Source: Epiperipatus broadwayi (Eukaryota; Animalia; Onychophora). From it: a DNA stretch of 64,000 nt. A program made the position numbers and the translations under genes. The notes under the pieces are model-generated. The model saw only the letters and a list, made by a program, of their open reading frames with translations, ran no database searches and was not told where the DNA came from. The DNA is taken from contig JAQFVV010000005.1 of NCBI GenBank assembly GCA_028023455.1, positions 9,858,001-9,922,000 of the forward strand, given 5' to 3'. This document shows, in pieces, positions 51,087 to 64,000 of this stretch (positions are counted from its first letter, which is position 1; each line of letters opens with the position of its first letter).

Positions 51087-51125
51087 TTTGATAGAAATGG
51101 GTGATCTTTGATAGAAATGGGTGAT
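51087..51125. repeat. 20-bp period tandem duplication in the ZF gene 3' flank
   Basis: tttgatagaaatgggtgat at 51087 and 51107. Confidence 0.9.
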
Positions 51126-51217
51126 TAGATTACATTTATTTTTGTTTTTTACACTAATTTCATTAAAACACTCATCAACTTTTACAAATCTTAATTAACC
51201 AACTTTACCAATTTAAA

Positions 51218-53107
51218 TTATTTGAATCGCAATAGAATCTCAATAATATCCTGATTAGTAAAATGGCTAGCTTCATGGTCTTCTATAATACATTTTTCAG
51301 AATCTTTATAATCACACAAACAACACTTAAGCCCTTTGATATTATTTAAGTCCTGTGTGTGTTTTCTTTCAAGAATATTTTGATTATGTTTCAAAGACTG
51401 TTTCATATGAATACATTTTTGAAAGTTTACCAAAGTACTTTGAGAGCTTGATTTGTAATTACATAAGTTGCAATGGAAAAGTTTATCTGAGTGTGTTCTT
51501 TTATGTAATTTTAAAAACTTTTTATTAGCAAAACTTAAATCACACAATCTGCAGTGGTAAGAGCAATTTTTTCTTGAGTGGATTCTTTCATGCATTTTTA
51601 ATGTTCTTTTGGTAACAGTTTTGAAATCACACAAACTACAATGATAAGGTTTGCCTCCTGTATGTATGTTTTCGTGTATTTTCAATAGTCCCTGGATAGC
51701 AGTCTTGTAATCACACAATTTGCAACAAAATGGTTTTTCTGTTGTGTGACTTACTTCATGAACTTTTAGATTTGTTCTTATTGCACTTTTGTAATCACAC
51801 ATGCTGCACTGGAAAGGCTTTTCTCCCGTATGTTTTCTTTCGTGTATTTTTAAAGTACATTTTAAAGCAGCCTTGTATTCACAATAAACGCACTGAAAAA
51901 TTCTCTCTCCTTTGTGTGTTTTTTTGTGTATTATTAACATTTTTCTGTCAGAAATCTTGTAATCACACAAATTGCATTTCAAAGGGTTTTTTTCTTTTGA
52001 ATGTTTTCTTTCATGTACTTTTAAAGTATATTTTCCAGCAGCTTTATAATTACAAAATTTGCATTGAAAGGGCTTTTCTCCGGTATGTGTTCGTTCATGC
52101 ACTTTTAAATTGCTTTTTACAGCAGTTTTATAATTACACAAGTGACATTCAAAAGGTTTTTCTCCAGTATGAGAATATTCGTGAATTTTTATCATTTGTT
52201 TCTCTGCAGTTTTGTAATCACATAAATTACATTGGAATTGTTTTTCTCCTGTATGTTTCTTCTTATGTATTGTCAGGTTACCTTTTCTAGCAGTTTTATA
52301 ATTACAAAAGCTGCAGTGAAAAGGCTTTTCTCCAGTGTGAGTACTTATATGAAGTGTTAAGCTATGTTTTATTGCAGATTTATAATCACATAAGCTGCAT
52401 TGGTAAGGCTTCTCTTCTGTATGGCATCTTTCATGTATTTTTAAGGCACTTTTTGTACAAGTCTTGTAATCACAAGAGCTGCATTGAAAAGGTTTTTCTC
52501 CTGTATGTATTCTTCTATGAACTTTTAAACTAAATTTTACAGCAGTCTTGTAATTGCACATGTTGCAATGGAAAGGTCTTTCACCTGTATGTGTTCTTTC
52601 ATGTGTTATTAAACTGTTTTTTATGTTAGTCTTATAACCACAGAATTTGCAATGATAAGATTTTTCTCCTGTATGTGCAATTTTATGCATTTTTAAATTT
52701 TGTTTTATACCAGTCTTGTAATCACACAAACTACAGTGGTACAGATTATCATCTATGTGTGTCCTTTCATGCATTTTTAATCTATATTTTATAACACTTC
52801 TATAATCACAAAAATTGCAACCAAAAGATTTTTCTGCAATATGTACAATTCTATGAATATTAAGTTTATGTACTGAGACAGTCTTGTAATCACAGAAACG
52901 ACAATGAAAAATTTTTTCTGTTGTATGTTTTCTTTCATGCATTTTTAAGTCATATTTTATAGCAGTTATGTAATCACAAAAACTGCACTGGAATGTTTTT
53001 TTTCCTGCATGAATTATTGTAGATAATTTTAGCTCATTTTTTTTAGTTTGAAAATCAGTCACAAGGCTGTGATATAATGTTTCTTGAATATTAGTACTTT
53101 TATTCAT
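51218..53107 (-). CDS. Tandem C2H2 zinc-finger protein, 629 aa, 20 fingers (19th degenerate, first His replaced by Phe), single coding exon
   Basis: Long intact ORF of CxxCDYK...H...H units with TGEKP linkers. Acceptor tttattttttag|atttttaaaATG immediately upstream. C-terminal cassette is homologous to the 29589 gene. Confidence 0.96.
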   Translation of the reverse strand: MNKSTNIQETLYHSLVTDFQTKKNELKLSTIIHAGKKTFQCSFCDYITAIKYDLKMHERKHTTEKIFHCRFCDYKTVSVHKLNIHRIVHIAEKSFGCNFCDYRSVIKYRLKMHERTHIDDNLYHCSLCDYKTGIKQNLKMHKIAHTGEKSYHCKFCGYKTNIKNSLITHERTHTGERPFHCNMCNYKTAVKFSLKVHRRIHTGEKPFQCSSCDYKTCTKSALKIHERCHTEEKPYQCSLCDYKSAIKHSLTLHISTHTGEKPFHCSFCNYKTARKGNLTIHKKKHTGEKQFQCNLCDYKTAEKQMIKIHEYSHTGEKPFECHLCNYKTAVKSNLKVHERTHTGEKPFQCKFCNYKAAGKYTLKVHERKHSKEKNPLKCNLCDYKISDRKMLIIHKKTHKGERIFQCVYCEYKAALKCTLKIHERKHTGEKPFQCSMCDYKSAIRTNLKVHEVSHTTEKPFCCKLCDYKTAIQGLLKIHENIHTGGKPYHCSLCDFKTVTKRTLKMHERIHSRKNCSYHCRLCDLSFANKKFLKLHKRTHSDKLFHCNLCNYKSSSQSTLVNFQKCIHMKQSLKHNQNILERKHTQDLNNIKGLKCCLCDYKDSEKCIIEDHEASHFTNQDIIEILLRFK

Positions 53108-54559
53108 TTTAAAAATCTAAAAAATAAACTGTTACAGCTCAGAAAATTAAATTGGCTTCTAAATAAATTTGTTGATATATTGATAAAGTATCTTACAACA
53201 TCATTTGTTAATAAATAAATATGCTTTTTGTAAACATATATTACTTATAAAAAGATTTAAATAGGAACATGTTTATTTAAAATGTTATTTTATCAAAATG
53301 AACAATTATAGAAAAGTATGACTGCTATAGAGGTATATTTTAAAAATATAAGTTGTGATAAAATAACAAATGTTAAATTAGTTAAAAATTTATTTACTGC
53401 ATAAATTATAAAACAGAAAAAAACTTGGTTGGCAATATAATTAATACCAATGGTATAAAAAATAGGAGTTTTAAAAGTAAGAGAAATTCAAATTAGAGCT
53501 TAAGGGAGGGATTAGCTGATTTTTAATTAAATAGAGCACAGGACAAACAAACTGAAAAAAAAAGTGATGTGACTTGGTGAATGATATGAAGATAGATTTT
53601 TAAGCATACAAGCAGCACTGCAAAATATTTTTTTTTTATCTTGACTTTTAAATAGATAAGCAGTAGCCCAATAAAATTCTATTATGGATGGTTAAACAAT
53701 ACTTTGAAATTTTTTTTCACATATGCTACATTCAATGATTATTTATTTTTAATATTTTTTGGTATACCAACTTAATAGATTCTTTTTTTTTTCACAAAGT
53801 ATAAATTATTTTACTTCAAAAGAAAATTGATTATAATAATACTGATATATAATATGCTTTTATATTAGATTTTTTCAGTTAGTTTTAATGAAAAAGTTAT
53901 TGAAATAATTTTACCAATGACTTAAGTTTTAAAATCTTTCACTGTAAATATTAATTTCACCAGAAAAAGGTTTTTAAAAAATGCACTCATTTTATCAACA
54001 TATGTATTAAGAATAAATATAATTATATTTTATGTTCCATTATAATAAAACACTTTTAGAAAATTAATAAATATCTTGTTATAACTGACAAATTTCTTAA
54101 TAATATTACAATTTTTAAATATTTGTTGCAACATTAAAATAAACTCTTTGACATTATAACTTTTGCATTGTTTTAACAATATCTAATATTATTTTCAACT
54201 ACTTAATTCATTAAAAATTATTAATGACATTATAACCAATTTCATAGTATGTTTATATAGAATACTATCTATACTAGTTTTGATAGAAATCATTAACATG
54301 GAAATGTGCAAATTTTTTTTTTTTTTTTAAAAATCATTTCATTTCATTTAAATATCTTTTTAAGATTAGTGTATTATTTAAAATTTTCAAATTTAAAAAT
54401 CCTTTATAAAGTTAAATGTTCATAAGTAATCTTTAAAAATAGTGTTTATTTTTTTTTAAAAAATAATAATGTTATATAAAAATACCTCAAAAAATCTTCC
54501 ACTTTAAAACAAATTTGTCAAAAAATCTGAATTCATGACTGGACACTAATTTCATTTAC

Positions 54560-54736
54560 TACTGTGACTGGTTGAGTATATTTTCTACAATAGACTCTAA
54601 TGACTCAAATGAAGACAATGTGTTTATAACAAGACTTATTTGTGCCACAACTTCTACCATAAAGTTAATAGTCACAATGATCAAAAGTAATATGAGATGC
54701 TTCTGTCCAGTTGTTCAGATGTGAATTACTGTTAAC
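54560..54736 (-). other. Probable 5'-UTR exon of the 629-aa ZF gene
   Basis: Polypyrimidine acceptor ttttttag|gttaac at 54737/54736 and donor-like gtaaat at 54559. Stops in all three frames. The segment is conserved with 47599-47730. Confidence 0.5.
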
Positions 54737-56042
54737 CTAAAAAAGAAAAAGTTCAATAAATGAGATAATTGCTAAAGCTTTTGAAAATAACAAGATTTAT
54801 TTTTTAAATTAAACTCTTCTCATATATAATTTTTATAATATACTTTGAATAGCTTCAAAAATATTTTTGCTATACCTTCTTTACAGTGCAAATAATTTTA
54901 AATTATATTGAGTGCATATAGAAGTAATTTAAATATGCAAGTGTTTCCAAATATATAATTAGTAATAAATATTAAAAATAAAACAAGAGATATCAATTTA
55001 TTTACACTACTTTATTGATAATGCCAAGAATACTTAGAAAAAGCAAGCTGCAGTTTGTGACCAAAGTAATATCTTTGACTGTGCCAATTATTTAAAAATG
55101 TAAAACTTTTTAAGCAAGATGAAGCTTTGTAAAAAGAACCAAAGTCACAATAAGTCCAAAAAATAAAGACTTGGTTATTTCTTTATTAGCATTTGGGGTG
55201 CATGGTTAAACAGAACTAATACTTTTATGAAATACAAAAAAAAAAAAAAAGCCAATTATATTTTTAATGTCCCAATAATTTATATAAAACTTATCTAATG
55301 GCATTATTTGTAAATCAATTTACTTGCACTCAACCATTGTTAAAATTATTTTTCAGTAAAATTCAATACAGATAATATGATTTGAAAATAATGATCACAA
55401 GAAAAAAGCCAATTGGAGATTTAGGATCAAAATATTGAGAACTTTTGATGTGGTCAAAATATCTTACAAACATGACAACAATAAAAATTATCAAAAAAAC
55501 ATTAAAACAATGAAATGACAGATTTTCTCACTTAAATAAAAAAAAAGACAATATACACAAAAAGAATTCAGAAATGAATACACTTTTAAGGATAAAGTTA
55601 AATCTAAAGAAGACAATGATTAGATAATAACTGCTTTTAAAACTGCTGAAAATAATAGTAAAGAGATAAATGATTTAAATTGGTCATCAAGACATATTAA
55701 TTAATAAACTATTTAAATTGTTAATCAAAACAAATTAATTAATCAAAAAATCACTGCTAGATGAAAAATCTTTATTAATAATAGCAACAGTCTCAAATGT
55801 TTAAAGCTAGGAAATTCTCTGTCACTCTTCATTAATGAAAAAAATGATAGAGAATATCATGTACAAAATACTACATGGGTCCTTCTGATTTAATCAAACA
55901 TGTAGTTAGAGAAAAGTTTAGAAATATTTTTAATTCCATGAAAAGAGATCATATTTGACAATGTTTTCCAAAAATAATCAGAATAGCAACAAGTTATATG
56001 ATTGCAATCACATTAGGAATCACTGAAATCAGTATTCTAGAG

Positions 56043-56539
56043 CAGTGGTCTTCAACCTTTTCATACCTGCGGACCGGTAAAAATAAGGATAAGGTTTCGC
56101 GGACCGGCAGAAGTCTACAGATAAATTTTCTTAAAGATGTAAACTGCTTAGCCTTAGAGGAGTATAATTGTTATAACTGATCTAAACAACAATGTTAAAT
56201 ATACAAGATGAAGTTATATATATGGAGTTGGTATAATAAAACTTTTTTTTTTTTTAATTTTTTTAAAAAAAGCAATAAAAAATTTAATTCTCTCCCCCCC
56301 CCCCATAAACATCTGTGATAACTAGAAAAACCAATTAATTTATGTATGATTGATTAGATTTTATTTTCGTTCTTTTTTTTTAATTGGGTAAAAATGAGAT
56401 GAAAAAATAAATAAAAATTTTTTTATAATAATTAAAAGTTTAAACTCTTATTTTGTTGTTATTACAAACTTTCCTGTGGACCGGCAGAAAATTTCTGCGG
56501 CCTGGCACCGGTCCGCAGACCAAAAGTTGAAGACCACTG
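56043..56539. mobile_element. hAT (Buster-type) MITE, 497 bp
   Basis: 14-bp perfect TIR cagtggtcttcaac / gttgaagaccactg. Perfect 8-bp TSD ttctagag (56035-56042, 56540-56547) with TA at positions 4-5, the known Buster target preference. Repeated subterminal ggaccgg motifs. Confidence 0.93.
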
Positions 56540-58437
56540 TTCTAGAGCAGATGTCTTGGGGAAATATGAGTCAATACTTCTGCCATTGTGAAAATATGGA
56601 TTACTTGTGAAAATAGCCAGAGATGGATTCTAAATAATCATACCTCAAATATGTCAGAATGTAACATATTATTTATACTTGGTCAATCTCATGATCATAT
56701 TCAACAGCACATAGAACATTAATACTGTTCTACAAAAGTCTCCTTCCTTACTGCAGTTTGAGTTATTTACTATTTACAAATAAAAAATTAGAAATTAATA
56801 AAACAAAAATTTTAATTTTTTTTTAGTTCACACATTTATAGTATTTATGTCTGTATATGCATCATGAAAATGCATATTACATATAGTTAGCTATTATATG
56901 GAAATTTCAATAACAATTCTAAGGCTTGGAACTAAATATGAATAGGGGGGATTACTACATATGCATATGAATTCTTACAATTATTTTACAACCCATATAT
57001 ATATACATAAAAACATACATTCTGCAACTCATGTTATATGCTATGTGACCTCACATATAGTGTATTTACTAACATTCAACGTCTGTAAGTGCAATGCATA
57101 TATATCTAATGCACAGATATAAATATGTAAGTATAAAAACATTATTTTACATTCAATTACTTTCCAAAACATATCATTTATCTTATTTTTACTTCCCATT
57201 CAAATTATTTTTGAAGTTAAGTAAATTCTCTTAAAATGTATTTTGACTAAAGAAAAATAAGATAAACTTTGATGTGCAAAAATTACACTCTCTATAAAAT
57301 GCAAGATTACTAAATATATATACAATGTTTATTTTTACTATTGTAATATCAGAATCAAAATATTTGATTTAATTTATATCTATATAAAGTTTATCTTCAT
57401 ATTATATTCATTAATAACTTTAGTATTCTTACTCTCATAGTTAAAACTATTTCATATCAAAAGCCATTCTAAGTCACTTATCAATTTAGACAAACAATGT
57501 TTGAAAGGATTTGAAAATAACTGCCAAAAAATAATTAATTTTCAATAATTATGTAAAACATTAAATCTACTATTTAGGATTTATAATAAGCAATTCAAAT
57601 GAAACATTTCATCTAAGGATTATCCACTATAGATTCACTTCTGTATTTAAGAATGTTAAAAAAAAAAAGCATATAAGATTTCATCACTAGATATATGTTT
57701 TCCTGTTCATAATAATAGATATTCAATATTTCATACACCAGTGAAAGATAGAGCATTATCAAGGGTCATCTATATGTTATATATATATATATATCTGAAA
57801 TTATTGACATTAAACAAATTATTTGTATAAAATTTGAAATAAATTGTATTTAAATTATGATAATTGCTATTAGGAAAGTAAATAAATTTGTACTGCAAAT
57901 TTGAAATTATAGTTTTTAACTGATGAATTACTTTTTTTAGTTTTAGTTTTTAAAAACAGAATTCCTATTTATATTTATTTAAAATGTTTCCTCATCTATT
58001 TAATCTGTTAAAAACCTAAAATTAACATACATGATTCACTATGAAATTCTCATACCTATATATGTTCATTGTCTTGCTATTGACTAGTAATCAAAAGCAG
58101 TGTCATCATTTGGTCAAAGAGTAGCTTAGACAGTGTACCATTATTTCAGTCTGCTCAACAAGTTTTAATAGGTTGTTGACTGGTAAATATCATATCAAAT
58201 TTGAACTAGATTTTAAAAAACAAATTGTCAATTATTAAAAATATATCACTTATTTAGACCATTGAAATATTAAATTAATGTATATATCCCAGCAACCTAA
58301 TATACATAAGAAACCAGAAATGCTTTTTGATATTATAAAGCCCAAATTCCTAACATATGGAAAATTGAATCACTTTTCTTATGCTTATATAAGCTTATAA
58401 GTGGACTGTAATTTAAATAATCATAATTGTAGAAATA

Positions 58438-58538
58438 AATATTTAAAGAAATCAAGAATATTACAATAGCAGATTTAATTAATTTTATAATTTTTATTTA
58501 TAAATGTTATTGTAATATTCTTGGCTTATTCAAATATT
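58438..58538. repeat. AT-rich fold-back element, MITE-like
   Basis: Perfect 16-bp inverted core caagaatattacaata (58453-58468) / tattgtaatattcttg (58508-58523), extending imperfectly on both sides. Confidence 0.6.
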
Positions 58539-59405
58539 TGCATCTGCTTATAATATCTAATTGCAGATCATTTATATGATTAGATACACAGAAGGAGAGT
58601 ATTTCATTTACCCTTCTGCAAGTAGGTTACAAATAGAAATAAAAGCAGGTTTTTTAACTGAATAGCAGTAAAGGAACAATAGAATATTGTAATAACCAAA
58701 ACATCCTTCAATGTGGGTTAATTTTAATAAAATGTGCTTTGAGATCTACCACAAGAAAACATTTGCATTTGTAAAGTGAATACATCAGGTGGATATAGGG
58801 AATGGTACCCAGGATTTCTTCCAATAAAAGCACCTAGGGTTGAAAATATATTGTTTGATTCAGAATGAAGTCTACATTTAAATCAGATTTTGGATTAATG
58901 ATTTGGGTAACTTTGATCAATAATTTAATATAAAAGAGAATGCATCTGGCATATTATGAACATTTTGCTTGTAGGTGAGTTTCTCTGGAAATTAAAATGT
59001 CATGGAAGACCCAGCAGTAAACTGACACACACAATAGTTTTCAATTAGGATTAGTATATCACTAATCAACTATTTTATTAAATGTTCAACTTTGCTGATC
59101 TTGTCCTTTCCATTAAAGACCTGAATATTTTATTCACAATGTTCAATGGATTTATTTTTTTGCCATACACTTTTATGACTCGGCAGGGGGTTAGAGAGCA
59201 TATTTGGTAATTCAAATTTATTATATCAGAATTGAACCCAGTTATACTACGTTAATAAGAAAAGTTCAAAGTTTTATCCAGTTAATATTCATTGCTCAAA
59301 GAAACAATGAAAATTAAATAAAAATCCTGAATACTTTTTATTTTATCATTATTAAATATCAACAAATAAAAATAAAAAGAATGGGTCTTATTATTTAGAA
59401 ACTTA

Positions 59406-59459
59406 GAAAACTAATCTCAAAAGTATTAAGAGTGAAAACTAATCTCAAAAGTATTAAGA
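59406..59459. repeat. 28-bp period tandem duplication
   Basis: gaaaactaatctcaaaagtattaaga at 59406 and 59434. Confidence 0.9.
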
Positions 59460-62400
59460 ATATTTGTTGTTGTTTTTCCTGCTGTTGTAGTTTGTTTTTA
59501 AAAATACATTAAAATTCATACTAACTTGGAAAATCTTTTTCATTCGTGATTGCTTATCAATTATTATTCCACAGATTTTCTTATTTTTTTCAAAAATAAA
59601 AACCTTAATTTAGAACCAATAATAAAAGCACACCAATGCAAAAGACAATATGTACATTTTTTACATAAAAAGTATAAAATTTTTATTGAAGACACACAGA
59701 AAAAAAAGATTAATTGAAACTCATAAATCAAATATAATTAAAATGCATTGAATTAAGGAATAATTAGATTCACAATTTTGTGAAATTCAGTCACATTCAT
59801 AGCTCAGTAGGTTCACAGATTTAATACATAAAAGTTGAGGATTAATTATTTCCATTTATAACATTTAAATACGGTATTTTACATGAGTAAATATATATAA
59901 AAAAAAATAATGAATAGCAATTTTTAAAAACTTTTAATATTAATTTTAAAAAAAAACTGCTTTCAGAAAACATTATCTGGCCAGCACTAATATCCTGTTA
60001 AAAGAAGTAATTTAAAATTGTACAATAAATCTGCTGAGACTAGAAGCCTCTTAAGAGATAATCGAAATTTAATTTTATACTAATACATTTCATTGTGATT
60101 CTGTTACTATTTTTGTTTGTAAGAAAACCAGCCTTTTTATTTATGCATAAAGCACAAACCTAGACAAAAATGAAAACACCTAAAATGTGCTTCTTTACTA
60201 TTTATATGTTTATCATATTTTTTTAGTCAAGAATAGCTATATATTTGTTTAATGACTACCTGAAAGAAAAATTCTCTTTGATTAGAACATGACTAAATTT
60301 TGAAGCTAAATGTTAACTGGATTCAAATTCAGATCATAAATCATGATTGGAAGATAAGCTATCTGCATCATCAGGCCCTTATAGTTACAAATAAGAAGTT
60401 TGATTTACTATCAAATAATAATTGTTGAATCTCCTCTATTTGTGATTGAAATTGAATCGTTTTTTTTCCATATCCTGTAATCTATAAGGGTATGTTGTCT
60501 TTCCAAAGACAGGGAATGAAACTCTTGATAATCATCAGTAATAGTTAATCATTGCATTCTACACATCTTCATAATATAATTTATTCTAGATTTTAATTTT
60601 AGAGCTACATAACACATATTAAGGAGCACTCATATTAAAACACTTATAAACTTAAAATTATGAAATCAGTGAATGATATATTTTCATTTTGGATGTATGG
60701 AAATCCTAATTCAAGGTCAAGATGAGATATCTAGGTAACAAGTATTTATGAGCAGATTACCATCACAAATGATAGTTTTCTACCATGTCAATACAATTAT
60801 AATCTTTAGCATTAGAAACATCGTAACTCTAATCAATTTTTTATATTATTAAGAATGACATCTAATTATAAATGGAAATTGTTCTAAATAGCCTTTTATA
60901 TTCACAGCAATAGAATTGGTAATACAGATTTTGAGTATCACACTGATGAAACAGGCCACAAGAATGAAATCTTAATAACAGAAAGTATCATCATTTCCAT
61001 TTTTAAATAAATTTAACAAATGTGAAATTTTTTTAAAAAATTATCAACATAAATGAATTGCAAAAAAAAAAACCAAAAAACTACAAAATAATTACTTGAA
61101 TGAATTTACATGAGCAAACAATTGTAAACTATTACTCCATTTTTTTTCTCTTCTCTCTTGGTATCTTCATACAAATGCTGTGAATCTGGTTTCACTCGAT
61201 AAAAAACAATAAAGTTTCATGAAAGTTTTAAAACTGTAACAGTAATAGCATCATTCTTTGGAGGCCATAAGGAAATGTAGTAGGTTTTATTTAAATTAAA
61301 TGTTTGACTTGATATAATTTGATACATATTATTATAAGTAAACTAATGCTAACCTGTATATTTCTTGTTTGTAATATCTACTATTTATATAAAATTTCTA
61401 GAAAATTTCTATATCTGCACAACAACCAGATTTTAATGAGCATTTTAATTTATTTAAGTAACTTCATTTTTATTCGATCTTTTATGTATAGACTTTTAAA
61501 AAAAATATCGTAAAATGAATAAATTTATATGCACATTTTAAAATAAAATTAAAGAAAAAAAAAAACACATTTAAATAAATCTCTATAAATAAATAAATCC
61601 ATAAATTAGGTCAATAGATAGCAAGTAAATTTTTATTTATTTTTTAGAATAAGTAAAAGTCAAAATACATATGTTTTCTTTTTTTTTTTTTTTCATTTTT
61701 AATCAATTCTACTATACCACAATCACAAACCAGCAAAGAAACTAAGACCATCCTCTTTCATTATGTATGCATTTAACAAACAACCCTCATTTCCAAAGTG
61801 AGCCAGAGACATCAAACATGTAAATTTCCACGCCCATTACTCCATATTTCCTACCAAACTACACTCTTATTATAATGTATGTATATGTCCTAAGTAATGA
61901 AATTAAATTATTATTTATGTCTCTAGCAGTAAATAGATAGTTTAAAGCACAGATTTGAAATAAAGATAGGTGGAGGGATAAAATCACTAATCCATCAAAA
62001 AAGAGGAAACAAATTCTAGATTAACAATTATGCGCTTATAATTTAATACTAAAAATCATATTTATTAAATTATGAAAATGGTAGTCATCGTTAATTTTGC
62101 TGGCTTTATTATGTAATCTTCAGAGATTTTTTTAAAAAATATCTTACATGATATCTATAAATAACATCATCTCAGCCAATGTTTAAAATTAACCAATAGA
62201 ATATCAGAAATCTGTTGTCAAGGCAATACCTAAGATCTTAAAAGAGATATTGAGTGATAACAATTGATTTATGCAGATTGAAGTCAAAACTACCTAGAAG
62301 TTTTAAATTAATATCATTAAACAAGCCACGATAAAGCATTTGAAGGTAGCTTAATAAATAATCATTTCTACAATTTTTCAAATAAGCTACTACTCAATGC

Positions 62401-64000
62401 TTTAAATATAATAAGCCATAAGTACACAGCTAATTGGTTATAAGTAAAAAATGAAATTAATCAACCTTCAAACATTTTATCTTGGCCTGTTTAATAAAGT
62501 TTATTTAAAACTTCTAAGCAGTTTTAAACTCGATTTGTTCAAGACAATTACTGTCACTCAAAATTTATTTAAGTATTAGGTGCTGATAATAAGTGATTTC
62601 CATTTATCATCTATTACTTTAATAACAGATTGCTTATAAGCAGTAATTGGGGTGATATGATTCACACATTAGTATGACATTATTTTATTTTTGAAAATAT
62701 TCTATTATAAAAATATTACTATCATATTAATCATATTGTTTTTTGGCAAATTTTATACAGTATCCCCTCAAATTATAGTAATTGTTTCTAATGGTGATGC
62801 TTTTAAATTATGTATCAAATGCATTTTTCAGCATATGCATTTAATATTTAAGTCCAAGAATTATATAAAGCACCATTTTTTTTTTTGAATTGTCACTCTG
62901 TTACAATATTTATACCTATCTCTGATTTCCAAAACTTTTTAAAAATATTAGGTATCAATTTAGTATGACTCTAGACTTTGATAAATATATGATGGAGCTA
63001 TTGAATTACTACTGCAAATACTCAGCACACTTTCATTAAAAAATGTAAAACATTGAACATTGTTTGAATTTAATAAAATAAAAATGATGAAATAAAATAT
63101 GAAATAAATACTTTATAATAATGATAATGTGAACATTACATTTTGTTTTATCAAAATATTACTGAAATCGATAGATTAGTAAAAAAGTTACAAAATTTTA
63201 ATATATAATAGAATATAAAGTTGCAATTTCTTTTTTTGTTGTTGTTGTTTTTTATTCTCCCTCCCTCCCCTTTTTTAACAAGTTTAACTGAGCTGCAACA
63301 ACAATAAAAACAAGTAGTATAGGGGTAACAAAATAATGGGTTTTTTTTATATTTTGAAACAAAGTATCAAGAAAAAAGAAAAGCAAATCTTTTTACTGGT
63401 GATAAGTAGTATAAATATCCTGAAGGAAAGCTAGAAAGAGTTCTGTATCATATGATTGCTAATCTTACTGATAACAAGTTTTCCTCTGCCACTCTCCTCC
63501 TAATGAATGACAAATACATTTCTCATTATTTAAATATTTATTTTTTTCATATTACTTTTTTAAAAAAGCCAACAACCTTCCCCCAAATGAATAACAAGCA
63601 ACTATAAAATAGTAAATTCTCACTATTTAGATTTTTTTTTTTTCATGTTATAGTATTTTATAAAAATCAAACATCACATGATCGATGGCACTACTATATG
63701 GAGAGTGTTGTTTTGTTTTGAATTGTTTAAAAATCAAACAATTTTCAATATTTCTAATCTTCCTTCAGAATGTTCTGGCTACCCTCTATCGCTGGTGAAA
63801 AGATTCATTTGATTATTTTTTTTATTGGTTTGTAGCCTTTTCCCAAATACAAAAAAAAAAAACTTTGTTATACTTATATTATCAATAACTTCATAGGTAT
63901 TGTTCTTGTTTTTTTTATAAAAAAAAGGGAAAAAAGCCTACTACTTGTTCATTAAAATTTCACAACTTTTATTTTGTTGTTTATTAAAATTTAAAGATTT

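Noticed and set aside
51730-52290. 186-aa plus-strand ORF
   Set aside because: Antisense shadow of the repetitive ZF coding sequence, with no independent coding signal.
63469-63499. 31-nt candidate micro-exon on the minus strand (cattag|GAGG...ATCA|gtaaga), plus other GC-richer patches at about 43240-43660, 44620-44700, 58780-58980 and 61740-61870
   Set aside because: The splice-like signals are plausible, but I could not assemble a consistent reading frame or recognise a protein. Needs RNA evidence.

Overview
AT-rich, strongly CpG-depleted eukaryotic DNA that looks like an invertebrate animal genome; the species cannot be determined from the sequence. I found no rRNA, tRNA or CRISPR array. 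The only intact protein-coding regions I can support are two convergent, paralogous C2H2 zinc-finger ORFs with single coding exons (29589-30626 +, 10 fingers; 51218-53107 -, 20 fingers). A third, dead paralog (about 45130-46341 -) is a local duplicate of the second gene, including its upstream non-coding exon. The rest is a graveyard of mobile elements: three copies of an RTE-X-like LINE, RTE/BovB fragments, a mariner fragment, hAT-type non-autonomous elements (one clean Buster-type MITE with an 8-bp TSD), and at least four Penelope-like element (PLE) remnants. The most notable signals are: (1) five sequence-unrelated minimal type-I hammerhead ribozyme motifs, four just downstream of a PLE GIY-YIG remnant on the same strand and one inside a young ORF-less 433-bp insertion with a 17-bp TSD and an inverted copy of its own tail; two of them share the same non-canonical core change (GAAA to TAAA) with identical spacing; (2) a PLE sense strand almost devoid of cytosine; (3) a conserved C-terminal cassette shared by the ZF paralogs, which have no recognisable N-terminal effector domain; (4) a triplicated hairpin/internal-loop motif with covarying stems near 900-1040. 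All assignments come from manual reading and motif recall, not database searches, and element boundaries are approximate unless a TSD or TIR defines them.
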